Shown piece after piece: positions 1-13,960 of a DNA stretch of 64,000 nucleotides. Positions within the stretch are counted from its first letter, which is position 1. Each line of letters opens with the position of its first letter. A program made the position numbers and the translations under genes. The notes beneath the pieces were generated by a model. It saw only the letters and a program-made list of their open reading frames with translations. It was not told the DNA's origin and made no database searches. The DNA comes from the human T2T-CHM13v2.0 reference genome, Homo sapiens: the NCBI RefSeq assembly GCF_009914755.1, contig NC_060927.1. One strand, written 5' to 3'.

Positions 1-1424
1 AGCTCACCTTTCATCTAGGCTGGCCTCCAGTATGGTATATATAGTAAGAGATAGCTTATATTTTAATTTTAAAGATTTAATTTGATAAGATCTTAGGATG
101 ATTTTTTAGACAGAAATGCTAAAGAAAGACAAGATAGTCACCTTTCTTAAAGAGGGCATATTCTGCCAAACTCTCAAGTATGAAACTTAAAAGAGAGAAA
201 GAACATGGTCTCCTGCATTTAAAGCACAGCAACTCCATCCAACAAGAGCTAATCTCTAACCAAGGCTTTGATTATAAAATTGGCAACTCTGTTTTAGTAA
301 AAGAGCAATAGCACGTTCAATATTATATAAGAGAAAGCGAATTAGCCTCTGAAAATCCTTCCCATTTTCTTCTTTTAATTCATTTAGCTTAACATTTGAG
401 CCTGTACTGAACTGCTGAGGGAGAAGTCAGAGGATTTTCAAAGGACCATGCTCTATCATCATGAGATGTTTCCCCAATTTATAACACTGCACTTCTGTAT
501 ACTCATTTTTGTCATTCATACTTTACTACAGCACAACTGTAACTACAGAGCCCACATGAAAGGCAGAACATAAGAAGAACATAAAATTCCTGTCTCACAT
601 GCATATTTAAGGCAAACATAAACCCCTGAGTGTTTTAGTTGGACTAAAAAAGGCAACAAAGAGTGGAAAATAAGCAAGTTGGTGTTCTATTTGTCATAAG
701 TGACTATGAATTCTAGATTGAGGGTTACTGACTAGGTAAGATTGGAGGCCCCTCTAGGATTATTTGTCCCCAGCTAAAAGAGAGTCTGCTCTGCGTATAC
801 CAGCATTTTTCTTTATATTCCAAGATGCCATTTCCACAAGTACCGTCATCCCCAAGTAAAATTCCACTCTGGGGATTTATATATAGGACATAAAGCTGCA
901 GTTAGCCTTTGCCATATTTTCAAATCTGGCTCTTGCTCTTTCATAACCAAGCACACCTAATATCAGCATATTTTTCTCTAAATTTTTCTTTTCTATTTTT
1001 CTTCCCAAGGCAGAAACTTTTTTTTTCCTCCTGCTAACCTGAAAGAGCTGGAGATGCTGAAAATACCATAGAGAAGTTGATATTTGCTTCCTTTCACATT
1101 TAAATCTTTTTTACTTCTCCTCCTATTTTTCTACCTTTACTCCTCCTTCCATCCTTCAATTCTTTCTTTTCCCAAATTTAAAATATCTTGACTTCTTTGA
1201 ATTATGCTTCTTTCAGGTCCTTCAAATATTAAACTATATCAAAGAATGAGTAAGGGCAGGTAGCTCACATGAAAATACAAAGGAAGCCCTGTAGCTTTTT
1301 GCTACATTTCTTATCCTACAGTGTCATTTTTCTTTTTTCCTACTGTTCAAGGATATGGGTATTCTTCTTTTAAATTTTTATCAGATAATATAGCATCTAT
1401 TTTTTATTTCTTCTTGAGACATTT

Positions 1425-1863
1425 ATCAGTCAGGCTGCATAACAGGTCATGCTAAAACTGAATGACTTACATGTATTAATCTAACAGTTCTATCATTGCC
1501 AATTTGCACTGGGCTCATTTGGACAGTTCTGATGATCTGTGCCAGGGTTGGTTCGTCTCAACTGGGTGCATTCATTTGTCAGGAGTCAGCTTCCAGACTG
1601 GTTGAGGGCATGCTGTTCAAAGATGGCCTAGATGGAATGGTCTGTTTTATGTACTCTCTCATTCTTCAATAGGTTAACCCCAGTGGCCAGGGCAAGATAT
1701 TCAAAGGGTGACAGGAAAGGTTCAGCCTCAAAATTCACAAAAATGGCATTTGGCTGCATTTTATTGAATCATTCAAGTCAAAGATTAGAAGGAGAAGGAA
1801 TACATAGGCCCTACCTCTTGATGTCAGGTGAAAAGTTTGCAACCATTTTCATAATGTACTACA
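1425..1863 (-). mobile_element. MLT1-type MaLR solo LTR (MLT1G/H-like), decayed
   Basis: Minus-strand MLT1-like tracts (ctgggctcatttggacagttct; tctctcattcttcaataggtt; gcattttattg; cctacctcttgatg), ending ...tactaca. Confidence 0.6.
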
Positions 1864-2462
1864 GAAAATGGAGGTAGTGTAATGTGGCTCTGATGTTTGA
1901 GTTTGGAGTCAGAATATCAGGGTCAAATCACATCTCCAAACTTATTACTTTTGTATCAGTTCCTTGTTTTCTATGGCTTCATCCCACATGTAAGTGCTTG
2001 GTGCCTAGTAAGAAAATATATTTTAGCTATTGCCATACTATTGTCATTATTTTTATTATTACAGTTTTTAGGCCTGACTCTTAATTTACATATACAATGA
2101 TTAATCCATAAATTTTTAGATAGCTTTTACATTAAGGCCTTGTGAATTCCATTGAGACCCACAGCATCTTTGTCTTGAAGAAATACTATTGTTATATCTA
2201 TGAATCACATGTTTACATGATCCACAGAGGGCAAAGGTGACTCTACTCTCCTGACTGTATGATGAACACAATTAATTGATTTTAGCATTTTTTTCCAGAT
2301 TGTTTTGAACAGACCTGCAGAAAGCCACTACAAGTTGACCAAAGGTGGTATATATTTACCTCCCCAGCAATAATTTCAAAAACCTGGGTAATGTTTCCTT
2401 CTATATTTATTTAAAAGTCCATTAATTCTATTGACTTCTAAGTAAGTAAAGGTAATCTAAAC

Positions 2463-2960
2463 TAGTGGTTCTCAAACATTTTGGTTTCAGTATTTATTTT
2501 CAGTTTTACAAATCATAGAGGATGCCAAAGACCTTCTGTTTATGTGCATCATATCAACATTTATCATATCAGAAATTAAAACCCCAAAGTTATAAGTAAA
2601 TTTTAAAATATCTATAATATACTAATTATGTTGATTCATATTTTATGTTAAATATCATGTTTAACATAAAATAGTACCATATTTTTATGTTAAAAAAACT
2701 TCTATTTTCTCAAAAAAAAAAAAAGGTATTGAGAAGAGTGGCATTGCTTTATACTTTCCGCAAATATATTTGAAGTCTGACCACAGACAACAACTAGATT
2801 ATCATGTCTATTTCTGTAGTCAATTTCTCGTGATATTTTGTTTTGGTTTAAGTACATGAAGAAACACCAGACTTACAGAGTTATATTATCGGAAAAGCAA
2901 GGACCTCATGACAGGGCCTCAGGAATCCTCACTGGTGCTCAGACCACATGTTGAGAGTAA
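2463..2960. mobile_element. Charlie1-type hAT DNA transposon derivative (Charlie1b-like)
   Basis: Terminus agtggttctcaaac, internal gaggatgccaaagaccttctgtttatgtg and gagaagagtggcattg, opposite terminus gaccacatgttgaga. Confidence 0.7.
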
Positions 2961-4229
2961 TTTATTTAAACAGTCTATTCTCCAAGTAATTGGAGGGAGC
3001 CCTAATGGTAACATAGAGGAAAGGGTAGAATAGAGAATATTTTCAGGTGGGAGCATGGCCTGTCCTCAAGGAGCAGGAGCTATCATGGACATTGACACAA
3101 TTGTCTTCCATACTGCCTCCACCTCCTGAAAACTACTTTCCCACCAGCCACCTGAGCTCTGTGAGGCCCCCCCAACACCAGCTATGGTTGCTAGGGCCAT
3201 AGGTAGATATCCACACCTGACTGTGCCAACCAAAGTCCTCTCAGAGACTTGGAATTGATGGAGTCCACTTCTCCAATGGCACAAATTATATGCTGCTGAA
3301 ATTGCTAGCAGTTGTTTCCCACTAGAGGGAAAATGCCAGTGTGTGTTTGTAAAAATGAAGCAGCACGTAGGGGTGAAGGAAGCTGGATTAACAGTTTCAC
3401 AGAGGGTTCTTGTATCACTCGATTCCCTAGATCTAGAAATGAGATTTAAACAAATGTTCTTATTGTCCTGGAAAGGGTGCCTGAAGGCAATCGACAGCTG
3501 GCATGGGGAGAATGAGACAGTTGATTTAAAGAGGAAATTTAAGTTGCAAAGGCAAAAGTTCTTGTGAAGGATAAGGACTCATCATCAAAAATCAGGGTGA
3601 TTATGAGGGAGCAGCTTGGCTTATAGGTAAGAGAATATGCAGGGCACACATTCTGAAAGTTAGAACTCTTGCTTCTTTCATACCACTGACACTTTCACTA
3701 AGTCAAAGAACAGCAAATAAACAAATGTTAATATAATTTTGTGAAGATTCAGCGATGCATTTATAGAGGAATGACGTTTGTAAGCCACTTAAACTCCCTG
3801 AATCTGATTACTGATCTGTTAAATGAGAGTCATAAAATAGAACTAATAAATTAAGGCCTACAGAGGAAATGTAAATAAACTGATTATGACACTTGCAGGA
3901 AATAAGGGACTAGGGATTTGATTCAGCTGTGTGTCTAAAATATAACACATTTAGATTTAAAATTTCACCAAATACCTTAGTGCCATGCATTTCATAGACA
4001 AAACAGGTAGCAGACGTTTAGCTTTTCACTGTTTAGGTGAACATTTTTGATAGCTTATGTAACCAGGGTTCTAAAGAACTCTTGGGTGGTCCTGAGTTTT
4101 CTACCTGAGATGAAAAGGAAAATAACCTCTACATTTCTCCTTGCTCTCTCTTGCTCTCAGTGAACTTGATGGGCTTGACTGTAGTTGAGGAGATCCCTTT
4201 CAATAAAGCCACATATATATCACATCATT

Positions 4230-4400
4230 ACAACAATCTATGGATAGAGAGTGCTATCAGATATGCTGGTTTTTATTCTTCACAGAAAACTCAAGCAATC
4301 AGTTCGTTGTTGTCCCCATTTATAAATAAATCTCAGAAAGTAAAATGCCTTTCCAAAGGTCATGCATCAAGTCCCTGACAGAGCCAGACCTCAACGGCAG
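4230..4400 (-). mobile_element. MIR SINE fragment
   Basis: tgtccccatttataaataaatctcagaaagtaaaatgcctttccaaaggtcatgca resembles the MIR core. Confidence 0.55.
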
Positions 4401-5189
4401 CTTTTCTCTCACGTTCTTGCCTGCAGCTACAGTCCTAAATGGGACAACATGACCACTTGGTAGGCTTATAAGTGTTGTTTGATTATCAGAGTGTCAGACA
4501 GCTGCTTAGAAAAATATTTTCAACACAAAATTCCTATGGTAAAATTTGCTTAACATTTTCTTTAGAAAAAATTAATTTGAGTCTTTTGTTAATTTCATAT
4601 TTTATTTAGCACTTATTACATATATGCACCAAGTTTAGTGAACAAAGTCATTACCAAATTAACAGTAAACAGAATTTAAAATGTTCTTTTTCATTTCTAT
4701 GATGGAATTATTGGCTTTTATTCCTAAGGGTTCCAAAGCACTAAGATAATTATATAGTATAAGATGATGATGATGATAATGATGATTATTATTATCTTAA
4801 ATACATGAATAAATCTTCTTTTTGGACTTGATTCCAAGCCTCTCCAGGCTCTTTTATGCTCATATCTAAATAAAGTAATTAAAATTGAGGTAAATTAGTT
4901 TGTTGTTGTATCTTAATATTTATGTGTCTTGAAGTATATTTAGAAAGGTGGCATTAATACCTTATTACTGGGCTTTTGGACATTTGTCACATCCCAATCT
5001 CTCCATCTATAAAGTGCAAATCACACTGACTTAACTCACAGAATTGCTTTGTAACACAATGTATGACATCAAGGCATTTTGCAATTACAAAGTGCCACAT
5101 ATTGACATATTGAATTTGAGGGTCTCTAATGCATTTAAAGAGCCCAATTTGGAGGTAGCTTCTAAGAATACAAAACATGAAGAAGAACA

Positions 5190-7110
5190 GATGCATTGAG
5201 GCCCTGATACAGCACATGGTCTACTGGGTGACACAAAGATGGATCAAACATTAAACAAATAAATAAATGTAAAATTGAAACTAGGATGTTGTGGGAATCT
5301 GACTTAATGAAGGAAGGTTTTCTAAGAATATAATGGTCAAAGTGAGTTATAAAGTTCTGTTAGAAGGGAAGTTATCAGATAGAGAGACAGAGAGGGAGGA
5401 CCTGCAAATAAAAAGCACAACATATATTGAGTTCTGCGGATAGGAAAAAGCACTGCATGAACAGCAGAGTCGGAAGACAAAATAAGTGGAGGATGTCCTG
5501 TGAGATGACACTCACAAAAAGGCACACATGGACTTCGATGTCTGTAAATGATTTTAACTTTATCTTAAAAGAAAATGCAATTATTTTAATTGATGGTAGA
5601 TGCAGACAGTTAATCATATAACATTTTGAAAATATCTCTCTACTTTTAGTGTGGCAAAGAACTTAGAATGGGAAGAGGATATGAGGAAGAATATGAAAGT
5701 ATTGTGGTGCTCTGATGCTGGTAGATATGTCAAAGAGTACCTGGGTGGAAAAGGGGAAAAGCAGGGTGATTAGAGAGATAATTAGGAGTAAAAATTGAAA
5801 GAACATGGGACTGCATCGAATGGCAATGGTTACTGAGAGGGAAGCATCAATATGTTTCTGGCTTATCAAAGTACATGGATGGTGATAATATTCATTGCAA
5901 TAGAGAGAATTAGAAGAGGCTCTGGCATATCCTCTGAGGGGGGAGCTGGGAGAGGATATGGGCATATTGAATTTGAGGGTCTCTAAAACGCCCCAGAGAA
6001 TATGTGAGATGCTCATTTGACTATTTGAGGCTGTAATTTGAAGGAGATATCTAGAAGGAGGTATAAAAAATGGAGTTACCTATATACGGAGGAAGTCAGA
6101 TTAAACATTTTACTGACCATGGGTTTCAATGTTTAGAAATTCCAACATTTAACCATGAAAAAAATAATGTAAATAAGGTAGACAAGGAATGTTCAAGAGG
6201 AAAAAGGAAAAATAAGAGAATATTATGCCACAGAAGGCCAGACAAGAGTCTGTTTCAAGAAAAGGAAAGGATCCATAATTCTGTCCAGTAGATTTTGCTT
6301 TTGCCTTAAAGATGGTTAAAATTATAATGTTTATGATGATTATAATCATAATTTGCATTCTAATAAGTCCTAAGGAACAACCCTATCACTTTGAAAATAT
6401 TGCATTTTATATTATACATAATAAGGATACACTGAAGTGTTTTATTCAGAGGGTTGTAATAAAAAGTTTGTATTAAAGAACCATTATTCTTGTGCCTGTG
6501 TGAAGGATAGATTTCAGAAGAACAAGACTGGAACAGAGAACTTTTATAAGATTATTGTAATACTGTAGGTAATAGTTTATGAGGGATTGGAGAGTATTAA
6601 ATGTTGACATAAAAAAGAATAAACTCTAAATACAATTAGATAGTAAAGTTATCAGAATTTTATAGTAATTTATCTGTTTTGTGTCAAGAAGAACATTGAG
6701 ACAGAGATGAGGCCAAATTTCTAAGATAGGGTTAAGTAAAAATGCCAATTGACGTGGAATACTCAAGAAATACAGGATTAAAATGATAGTATTGAATTGG
6801 GTTTGGAGCATATTAAGCTTGAGATATTAGCATCTCTGCAATTATTTCTAGTGAATAACTCAAAATGACTCTGAATATGGAATGAGGGAAGAACTGTACT
6901 GGAGTTGGGAATTATCAGCATATTTGTTACAAATAAATTTATGAAAGTTGTGAAAATTCCCACAAAAATTGCAAAATGAAGAGAGCTATATGACAGTCCA
7001 CTAGAAAGCTGCAAAATTTAAGGACCAGATATCAGAAGAGGATGCCACCAAGAGTCAAAGGAGGAATATCAAAGAGGTAGGGAGATAATCTGTAGAGGAT
7101 GCTTTCAGAA
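5190..7110 (-). mobile_element. L2 LINE fragments (at least two pieces)
   Basis: Purine-rich L2-like motifs (gcatattgaatttgagg; ggtttggagcatattaagcttgagat; ggagttgggaattatcagcatat). Confidence 0.55.
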
Positions 7111-7152
7111 CAGAAAAAAAAATTATTAAATTATTAAAGAAGTACTCCTACC

Positions 7153-7460
7153 AGCCGGGCATGGTTGATCACGCCTGTAATTCCAGCAATTTGGGAGGCC
7201 GAGGCGGGCAGAGCACAAGGGCAGCAGATCAAGACCATCCTGGCCAACATGGTGAAACCCCGTCTCTACTAAAAATACAAGAATTAGCTGGGCGTGGTGG
7301 TGCATGCCTGTAATCCCATCCACTCGGGAGGCTGAGGCAGGAGAATCGCTTGAACCAGGGAGTCAGAGGTTGCAGTGAGCCAAGATTGTGCCACTGCACT
7401 CCAGCCTAGTGACAGAACAAGACTTCATCTCAAAACAAAAACAAAAACAAAAACAAAAAA
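7153..7460 (+). mobile_element. Full-length AluS (AluSc-like) with (CAAAAA)n tail
   Basis: Dimeric Alu; agatcaagaccatcctggccaacatgg; TSD AAAGAAGTA(C/G)TCCT at 7136-7149 and 7458-7471. Confidence 0.95.
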
Positions 7461-8384
7461 GAAGTAGTCCTTTAAAAATCAGCTTTAAAATTTAGAGAGC
7501 AAAAACAATATTTGGGGCATTATAGTTTGAAAATTGTCAGATATCTGGAATTATATTAGTAGACATATTCTTAATTGAATGAAAGACTAACACAAACTTG
7601 CAGATTTAAACATTTAGAGAAAAGTTCCCCTAAAATGTCATTTCTCTCCACAGATCATTATTAGAAGCTTCCAGGGTCATAGAAATGCTTATAAGAAGTG
7701 AGACACAAAGTCTCAAAGAAAAGTACTTGTGGTTAGAAGTCTTTCCTTTCTTGTCCTCATGGTTAGGCTTTAGTGTTGTGTTTAAAAGAGAAAGAGAGTG
7801 TGAAGGAGATGTTGTCCAGAGATATATTTTAAATGTGAAGACAATTTCAAAGGCAATTCCTCATTTGGTCACCGCAGTCATTGAGTCTGGAACTCAGCTT
7901 TGCTAGTTAGGAAATATGATGTCTTCAAGGTACTAAAAACTAACTCAGAAGAGGTGATTTTATTAACCAAACTCTCAAATGAATTATTAACAATCAGGAA
8001 ACTAATTTAATTACTTTGACTTTGAATTTACGAATTTCTTTTATGTCCACCAATGTAGGCACTTTTCTAGGCTAATCAGAAGTCATATTAAACTAGAAGG
8101 GATCTGGTAAGGCTTCAGGGAGCAGAGAGTAGAAAGGTTTTAGGCATAAGTCGGACAATCCCTGGAAACACCAGTTAAAATATTCTTGCCCCACATTACA
8201 GTTTATTTCCAAGATCCGTAATTTTCATTGCTTTGTTCAGTGGTTCTTCCTTAGATAGTCTTCCAAGGACACTGAGTACTTCTTTTGTTTGTTTGTTTGT
8301 TTTTGTTCATCTTTCTCTGAACACCATTCAAACTACTTTCTTTTATAAGCACATCAACTTATAAAATAAAATGCATTGTTAGAA

Positions 8385-8585
8385 AGTTTGGGACTCAGGC
8401 CAGCATCTATTTATGGGTTGAGTGACCTTGAACAAGTTAAATTACTTGAATTTTTTTTTTTTTTTTGGTCTTCAGTGCTATAGGTGAAAAACAATACCTA
8501 GCTTTCAGGTATATTGTGAGATTAAAGGAGATAATGCATCTAGTCCTATACTTCACACATAGGAGACATTCAATAAAATATAGAC
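8385..8585 (+). mobile_element. MIR SINE
   Basis: gtgaccttgaacaagttaaattac ... tattgtgagattaaaggagataatgca ... cattcaataaa. Confidence 0.7.
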
Positions 8586-10164
8586 GTTGTTTCTTCATAG
8601 ATCTTATTCATTCTCTTTCTGACTCCTTTCTCTTGCTAGTATTTTGTCCCTAGTTTCAGCTGGGCATTGTTTCCATATAGCCATTCACCTCAATAAACAT
8701 GCAAGCTTCCAGTGATCATGTGCTGATACTAACAGGTGAAAGGTAGGAAGTGACTATAAGAATTGTATGCATTTAAGTGTTATTTCTTTAATTTTTAAAA
8801 CATGTCAACTATTTTGAAATTAATAGAAATCAAAATGTGTAATAGCATCATATGAAATGCTGACTGAGCATGTTTTTATTTCATGAAGTACTTCTAAATT
8901 TTAGGAGTTATAAAAATGTGTAAAAAATATAAGAAACTCTAGAATAATTTTAGTTCTTAGTAAAATTAGGAGAACTAAAATAGACCGTAACTCTCAAAAA
9001 CAAAACAAAAAAAACCTCTATAATCATAATAAGGATAAGACAATTCTAAAAAAAGAAAGAATAATTGCAAACAAAAGTAATAAGAAAACAATGTGGTACT
9101 AATCAAAGAGGAATGCCAGATGTGAATAGTCAATAAATTATAATCAACATGGAAAAACAAAACAAGAGAAAAGTATATTACAACTGTGATGTAATGCTAG
9201 CTTCTAAAGACACAGCTAATAACAGCAAATAATCGTTAAATGTTCCTATGATGGCAGATTTTTACTCAAATAACTCTGTCTGATATTTTGTCTATTCTGA
9301 GACAAAGTGTTCACATGTGAAACATCATCTATAGTGATGCAATTTAGTAAAAGTCACTGAGATTAATTTATCTCCGGTATCTAGTCACAGATAACTATAG
9401 TGTTACTCTCATAAGAATTTAATCATGTACTCAGTGTATTCGAATTTGAGAACAGAACTGTTGTCTTTACAATTTAAATATAGACATAAATTAAAGGTAT
9501 TAATATGTAATGTTGTGTATGAGATGATGGTAGACCTGTGCATTTTAACATAAATAAAACCAGTTGTTCCTGTTGTTAATGGCTCTTGGTATTGTTAAAA
9601 TTATCATTGATAAAGGATAACTCAGGAAAATGATTAGAATTGATTATGACTATGTCAATTTTATCCATGTATTATAATTGTTTAAATTATAGCTTTTTTT
9701 AGTTACAACTTCAAATATATTGATAAATTTTACCTTCCAGAGATTTGCCCTGGGCATTTTAACTGATCCCGGCTCTGTTATATATTCTCAGTCATAAATT
9801 TCAGGACTCTTCCTGAGGGTAGGTCATTTTAATTCTGATTTTACGTGAGTTTGACTTGCTTAACATTCTGTGGTTGAAATTATTTTTATATGTACTTAAA
9901 ATACTCCATATTCCATGAATCATTTCAAAGATGGTCACAATGGAATAAAATTGAAACTAAAATTATATATTTTAAAATATAATGTAATATATGCTGACAA
10001 ATATAAATAACCTAAATAACCTAAAAATATAAGACATTTTTAGGTAGATGAGTAGGGTGAGGCTTTTTCTGCAAATTCCTAAAACTGGGATGCTCATTTT
10101 GCTTTGAGCAAAAAGAAAAAAAATGTGGTTAATTTTAGTTACATTGGCCTTGATAGGGGAAAAA

Positions 10165-10278
10165 TATATATGTATATATAGAAATGTATATATATAAAGA
10201 AATATATATAGAAACATATATATATATATACACACATATATATAGTTTTGTGTGTTTGTGTGCATATACATATATATA
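10165..10278. repeat. (TA)n/(TG)n low-complexity microsatellite
   Basis: Interrupted TA/CA/TG dinucleotide runs. Confidence 0.85.
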
Positions 10279-10899
10279 CCTGAGAAGCAGATCTTTTTTG
10301 GGGAAGACTATTTAAAGCTATCCTAATTTCAATCTTTTGTGATATGGGGATGGGGCTAGCTTCATCTCAGGAAGTCAATTTAGAGGATATAATATCACCC
10401 ATTACATTTCAAAGCACTACAGGGTGATTCCACTAGGTTTTTCAAGTTTTACTCGTGATACTGCTGCTTGTAGAGGTGTTGACTTTGAAAGTTCAGGCAT
10501 TTTTTTTTAACTTTTATCCATGTGCAAAGCACATCTTGAGTTTCTTTAATGTAGCTTGCAAGCTTGTTCTGTATTTATTTCACCCCTGCATAGCTCAAAA
10601 GTAGCGGAACAGATTGTGCTCAGATTGGGCAAAAGCAATTACCAAATTCTTAGACTAGGACTAGTCATGGTCCCAGACGATAAGTTTGGGGAAAGCCAGG
10701 ATAGCACGTAAATACAGGGTTATTAAAGGTTTTCATTGACAACTTAGCAGCACAGTGCTTCCTAGCACAGATTTTCTCATAAGGGTCTGCAATGTCACTT
10801 CAGAAGCTGGGCAGCACATTTTACACTCTGCACTAACTTTGGTTTTAACATATGCTCCTGGTCTTATGCTCATTACAAATTATAACAGCATGACAATAG

Positions 10900-11100
10900 T
10901 CAATAATAAATATTAGCTTAGCACTTGAACATTGGCAAAGTGCTTTCATTACTATGTTCTCCAAGAGATCCTCATAACCCATTGTGTCATAAATTATTTT
11001 TTGCTCCTTTTACAGGTAAGAAAACTGAGACTCATAAGATTAATAAAATATTCCACAGCCCCTTCAGCTCATAAGAGATAAAGTCAGGACTCTAATCTAA
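10900..11100 (-). mobile_element. MIR SINE
   Basis: ttttacaggtaagaaaactgagactcataagatt core motif. Confidence 0.75.
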
Positions 11101-11400
11101 TTCTTTATTCATTCCAATAATTCTATCATGAAAGTTTACTTTGTGTTAGGCACTGTACCTGCAAGGAAGATGCAGCAATAAATGAGACAAGCAGAGCTTC
11201 TTTCTTCATGAAACGTACAAAGCTGTGAAAGAGATGCACAAAAAAAAATCATGAACTATTATACTCTTATTCATCATAATAAATGTTCTAAAGAAGGAGC
11301 TCAAGACACTCTGAGAAGAGAAAACATGGAAACTATTGAGATTGAGTGAACTCTATGAAGAAGATGCAATTAAGTTGAGACAAGAAGGAGTGGACAGGTT
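11101..11400 (-). mobile_element. L2 3' end
   Basis: ttattcattccaataa...tactttgtgttaggcactgt...gcaataaatgagacaa. Confidence 0.6.
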
Positions 11401-11984
11401 TCTAATTCCACAGCTCACGTTTTAACATTACACTCAGACTAACTTGGAACAATATTCTGACAATGACACAAAGAAACTTCACATGAGAAAATAAAGCCCT
11501 CAACTTTGTCCTTATTGAAAAATAAAAAGGACCTTGCTGGTGTCTACAAAATCCTTCAAAATGAATCCTTCAAACTGAAAATACATGTTTTTATCCCTCA
11601 GTCTACATATATAGAATCTATAGATCCAGTTATGTAGTCAAAACTTACTTCGTTTTTAACAATATCCAGATTAATAGGAAAGAATATAATTGCATTTCCT
11701 TCTCTTGAAAGAACTTCTGGATTCTAAAACCAGATGTGAGAGATTTCCTTTAGAAGTCCATGTAACATTTTGTCTAGTGTCCCCTCAAGACACTTTTATC
11801 TGCCTTTGGTACACTTATTTCTGCCAAGTTATACTGTCCATAGAAGCAGAGACCATGATGTTTTCACATTTGCATTCTGAAAGATGAGCTGTGTCAACAT
11901 TTAGTGTGTAATTGAATTGATGGATGGAGATATATAACATGTATATGGGAAAAATACATGCATATTAGGAACATGGTTTGGCAT

Positions 11985-12195
11985 ATAAAGCAGGGGCTGC
12001 AGCATCTGATTGATCTAGATTCAAGTCCTCATTCCACCTTGTCTTACCTTGTTTACTTAAACGTGTCTCAGCCTTGAATTCTCTGTCTGTAAAATGGATA
12101 CTAGCATCTTCCTTATAAGGCTCTTAGTTTGTTGTAGAGAGAAAACACAATTTACATGAAAGGGAGATTCAACCTCCCACAAATTGGTAGCAACT
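11985..12195 (+). mobile_element. MIR SINE
   Basis: ctagattcaagtcctcattccac ... tctcagccttgaattctctgtctgtaaaatgga. Confidence 0.6.
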
Positions 12196-12453
12196 ATTGA
12201 TTTCCTATAATCATCTTTCAATATGGTTGTTCATCACTTATAGCTATTTGGAAGCTGGTCAAGGAAAATAGGGGGGATGTCCTGAGTGTTAGGATATTTA
12301 ACATATTTGAAGATGTTTGTGCTATAACAACATGTAATAATGAAAAAGGTGCTGAGTCATTAATAAGCAAATTACTAGATAAGGATTATATTTCACTCTG
12401 AACAACAATTAGCCGGTCTAGCATTGTTAACTTATCAAAATGCATTATGATAT

Positions 12454-12873
12454 TGTGTTAGCCCATTCTCACATTGCTATAAAGAAATATCTGAGAATGG
12501 GTAATTTGAAAAGAAAAAAAGTTTAATTGGCTCTTGGTTCTGCAGGCTGTACATGGAGCATGGTGCTGGCATCTGCTCAACTTCTAGGGAGGTCTCAGGA
12601 AACTTACAGTCATGGTGGAAGGTGAAAGGGGAGGCTCATCACTTGGCCAGGTCAGGAAAAAGAGAGAGAGGGAAGGTGCTACACACTTTTAAACTACCAG
12701 GACTCATTAGAACACACAAACTATCACAAGGACAGCATCAAGGGGATGGCGCTAAACCATTCATGTGAAATCTGCCCCCATGATCCAATCATCTCCCACC
12801 AAGTCATACTTCCAACATGGGGGATTACAATCTGACATGAGATTTGGTGGGGACACAGATCCAAACCATATCA
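12454..12873 (-). mobile_element. MSTA-type MaLR solo LTR
   Basis: tgtgttagcccattctcacattgctataaagaaa ... ggggacacagatccaaaccatatca; 5-bp TSD GATAT (12449-12453, 12874-12878). Confidence 0.92.
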
Positions 12874-13489
12874 GATATGAATGATACTATTTTCTAGGTT
12901 TGTAAGATTATTGTTGGATATGTCTAAAAATAATTACAATGCCATTGGATACAGACTGAAATCATTTAAAAATCTCTCTACTTATATAAAATCACCTCTC
13001 CTCAGTTTTTATGGATATCTTTAACACCTTTTATCCCTAATGAATCTTTCTGCTGGCTTTGCAATTGATTAAAGTAAACAAATATTCCATGCCAGTCTCT
13101 GAGCCCTGCCCTGACTCACAGAGAGAGAAAGGGAGTGGGAGGCAGTCAACAACATGAATTGAGGGAGAAATGTGAGTTCATGCTGTTAAGCTGAAGCAGG
13201 GATGCTAATCCTCAAACTGCATGGGGAGAAATCAATAAATCCAAACCAATAATAATAATAATAATAATATATCTTTGGTGTTTCACACTGGCAAAAGGTA
13301 ACATGAGCAAGAGAAATTATAAAGAGACAACATCTTTTCTGTAGCATATCATCATCACCAATACTAGCTGCATTTGTCCTTATAAAGAAAAACAATACAA
13401 TAGACTTATTTAGATTATCACAAACTTCTAGCTGTTGTTTACGCCACTTAAATGTTGCCTGTCTGGAATGTGGTAGACAATGGCCTGAT

Positions 13490-13960
13490 GATTATCATCA
13501 TTATTACTATTTTCAGTCTTTCCACTTTCCTCTTGAGATAACTGCTGTCTAAGATCATATTCAAGTAAATGGGACCTAAGTTGGTTCCAGCCATGCCTGG
13601 GCATTTCTTTGTAGTCTTAACTGTCACACACTGATGGACCACACCACAGAGCTCTCTTAGTAGAATACTTTGGCTCATGCATTTAATACACTTGGGTGTT
13701 CCCACCAGCTTTTGCTAGTAGATCCCACTTGGTGCTTAGCTGATAATTGCAGGGAAAACATGGATCATTCTCATGTTCAGCTGTATCAGTCATGGCTTTC
13801 ATCCATCTGGCTGACACAACATCTGTTCAGGAATCTTTTGAAAGACAATATTTTCCTTGGTTTGTCATCACCAGCAATCAAAAAGGATGGCAAAGTCCTA
13901 AATACTGGTTGCCCATAAGTAACAGATTATAGGAAAAGGGCTTCAATATTGGGGACAGTA
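13490..13960 (-). mobile_element. Possible very old RTE-clade LINE (L4-like) 3' remnant
   Basis: Minus-strand conceptual fragments (TYG..., TKRALWCGPS, PRHGW) loosely resemble RTE C-terminal motifs, followed by a short (ATG/ATA)n tract. Confidence 0.3.

Noticed and set aside
2299-2344. Possible small + strand exon (ttttttccag|ATTGTT...CAAAG|gtggta; frame IVLNRPAESHYKLTK)
   Set aside because: Good acceptor but weak donor, no recognisable peptide and no partner exons; cannot be supported without transcript data
3050-3650. Possible ERVL-type LTR
   Set aside because: Only vague motif similarity; no boundaries or TSD found
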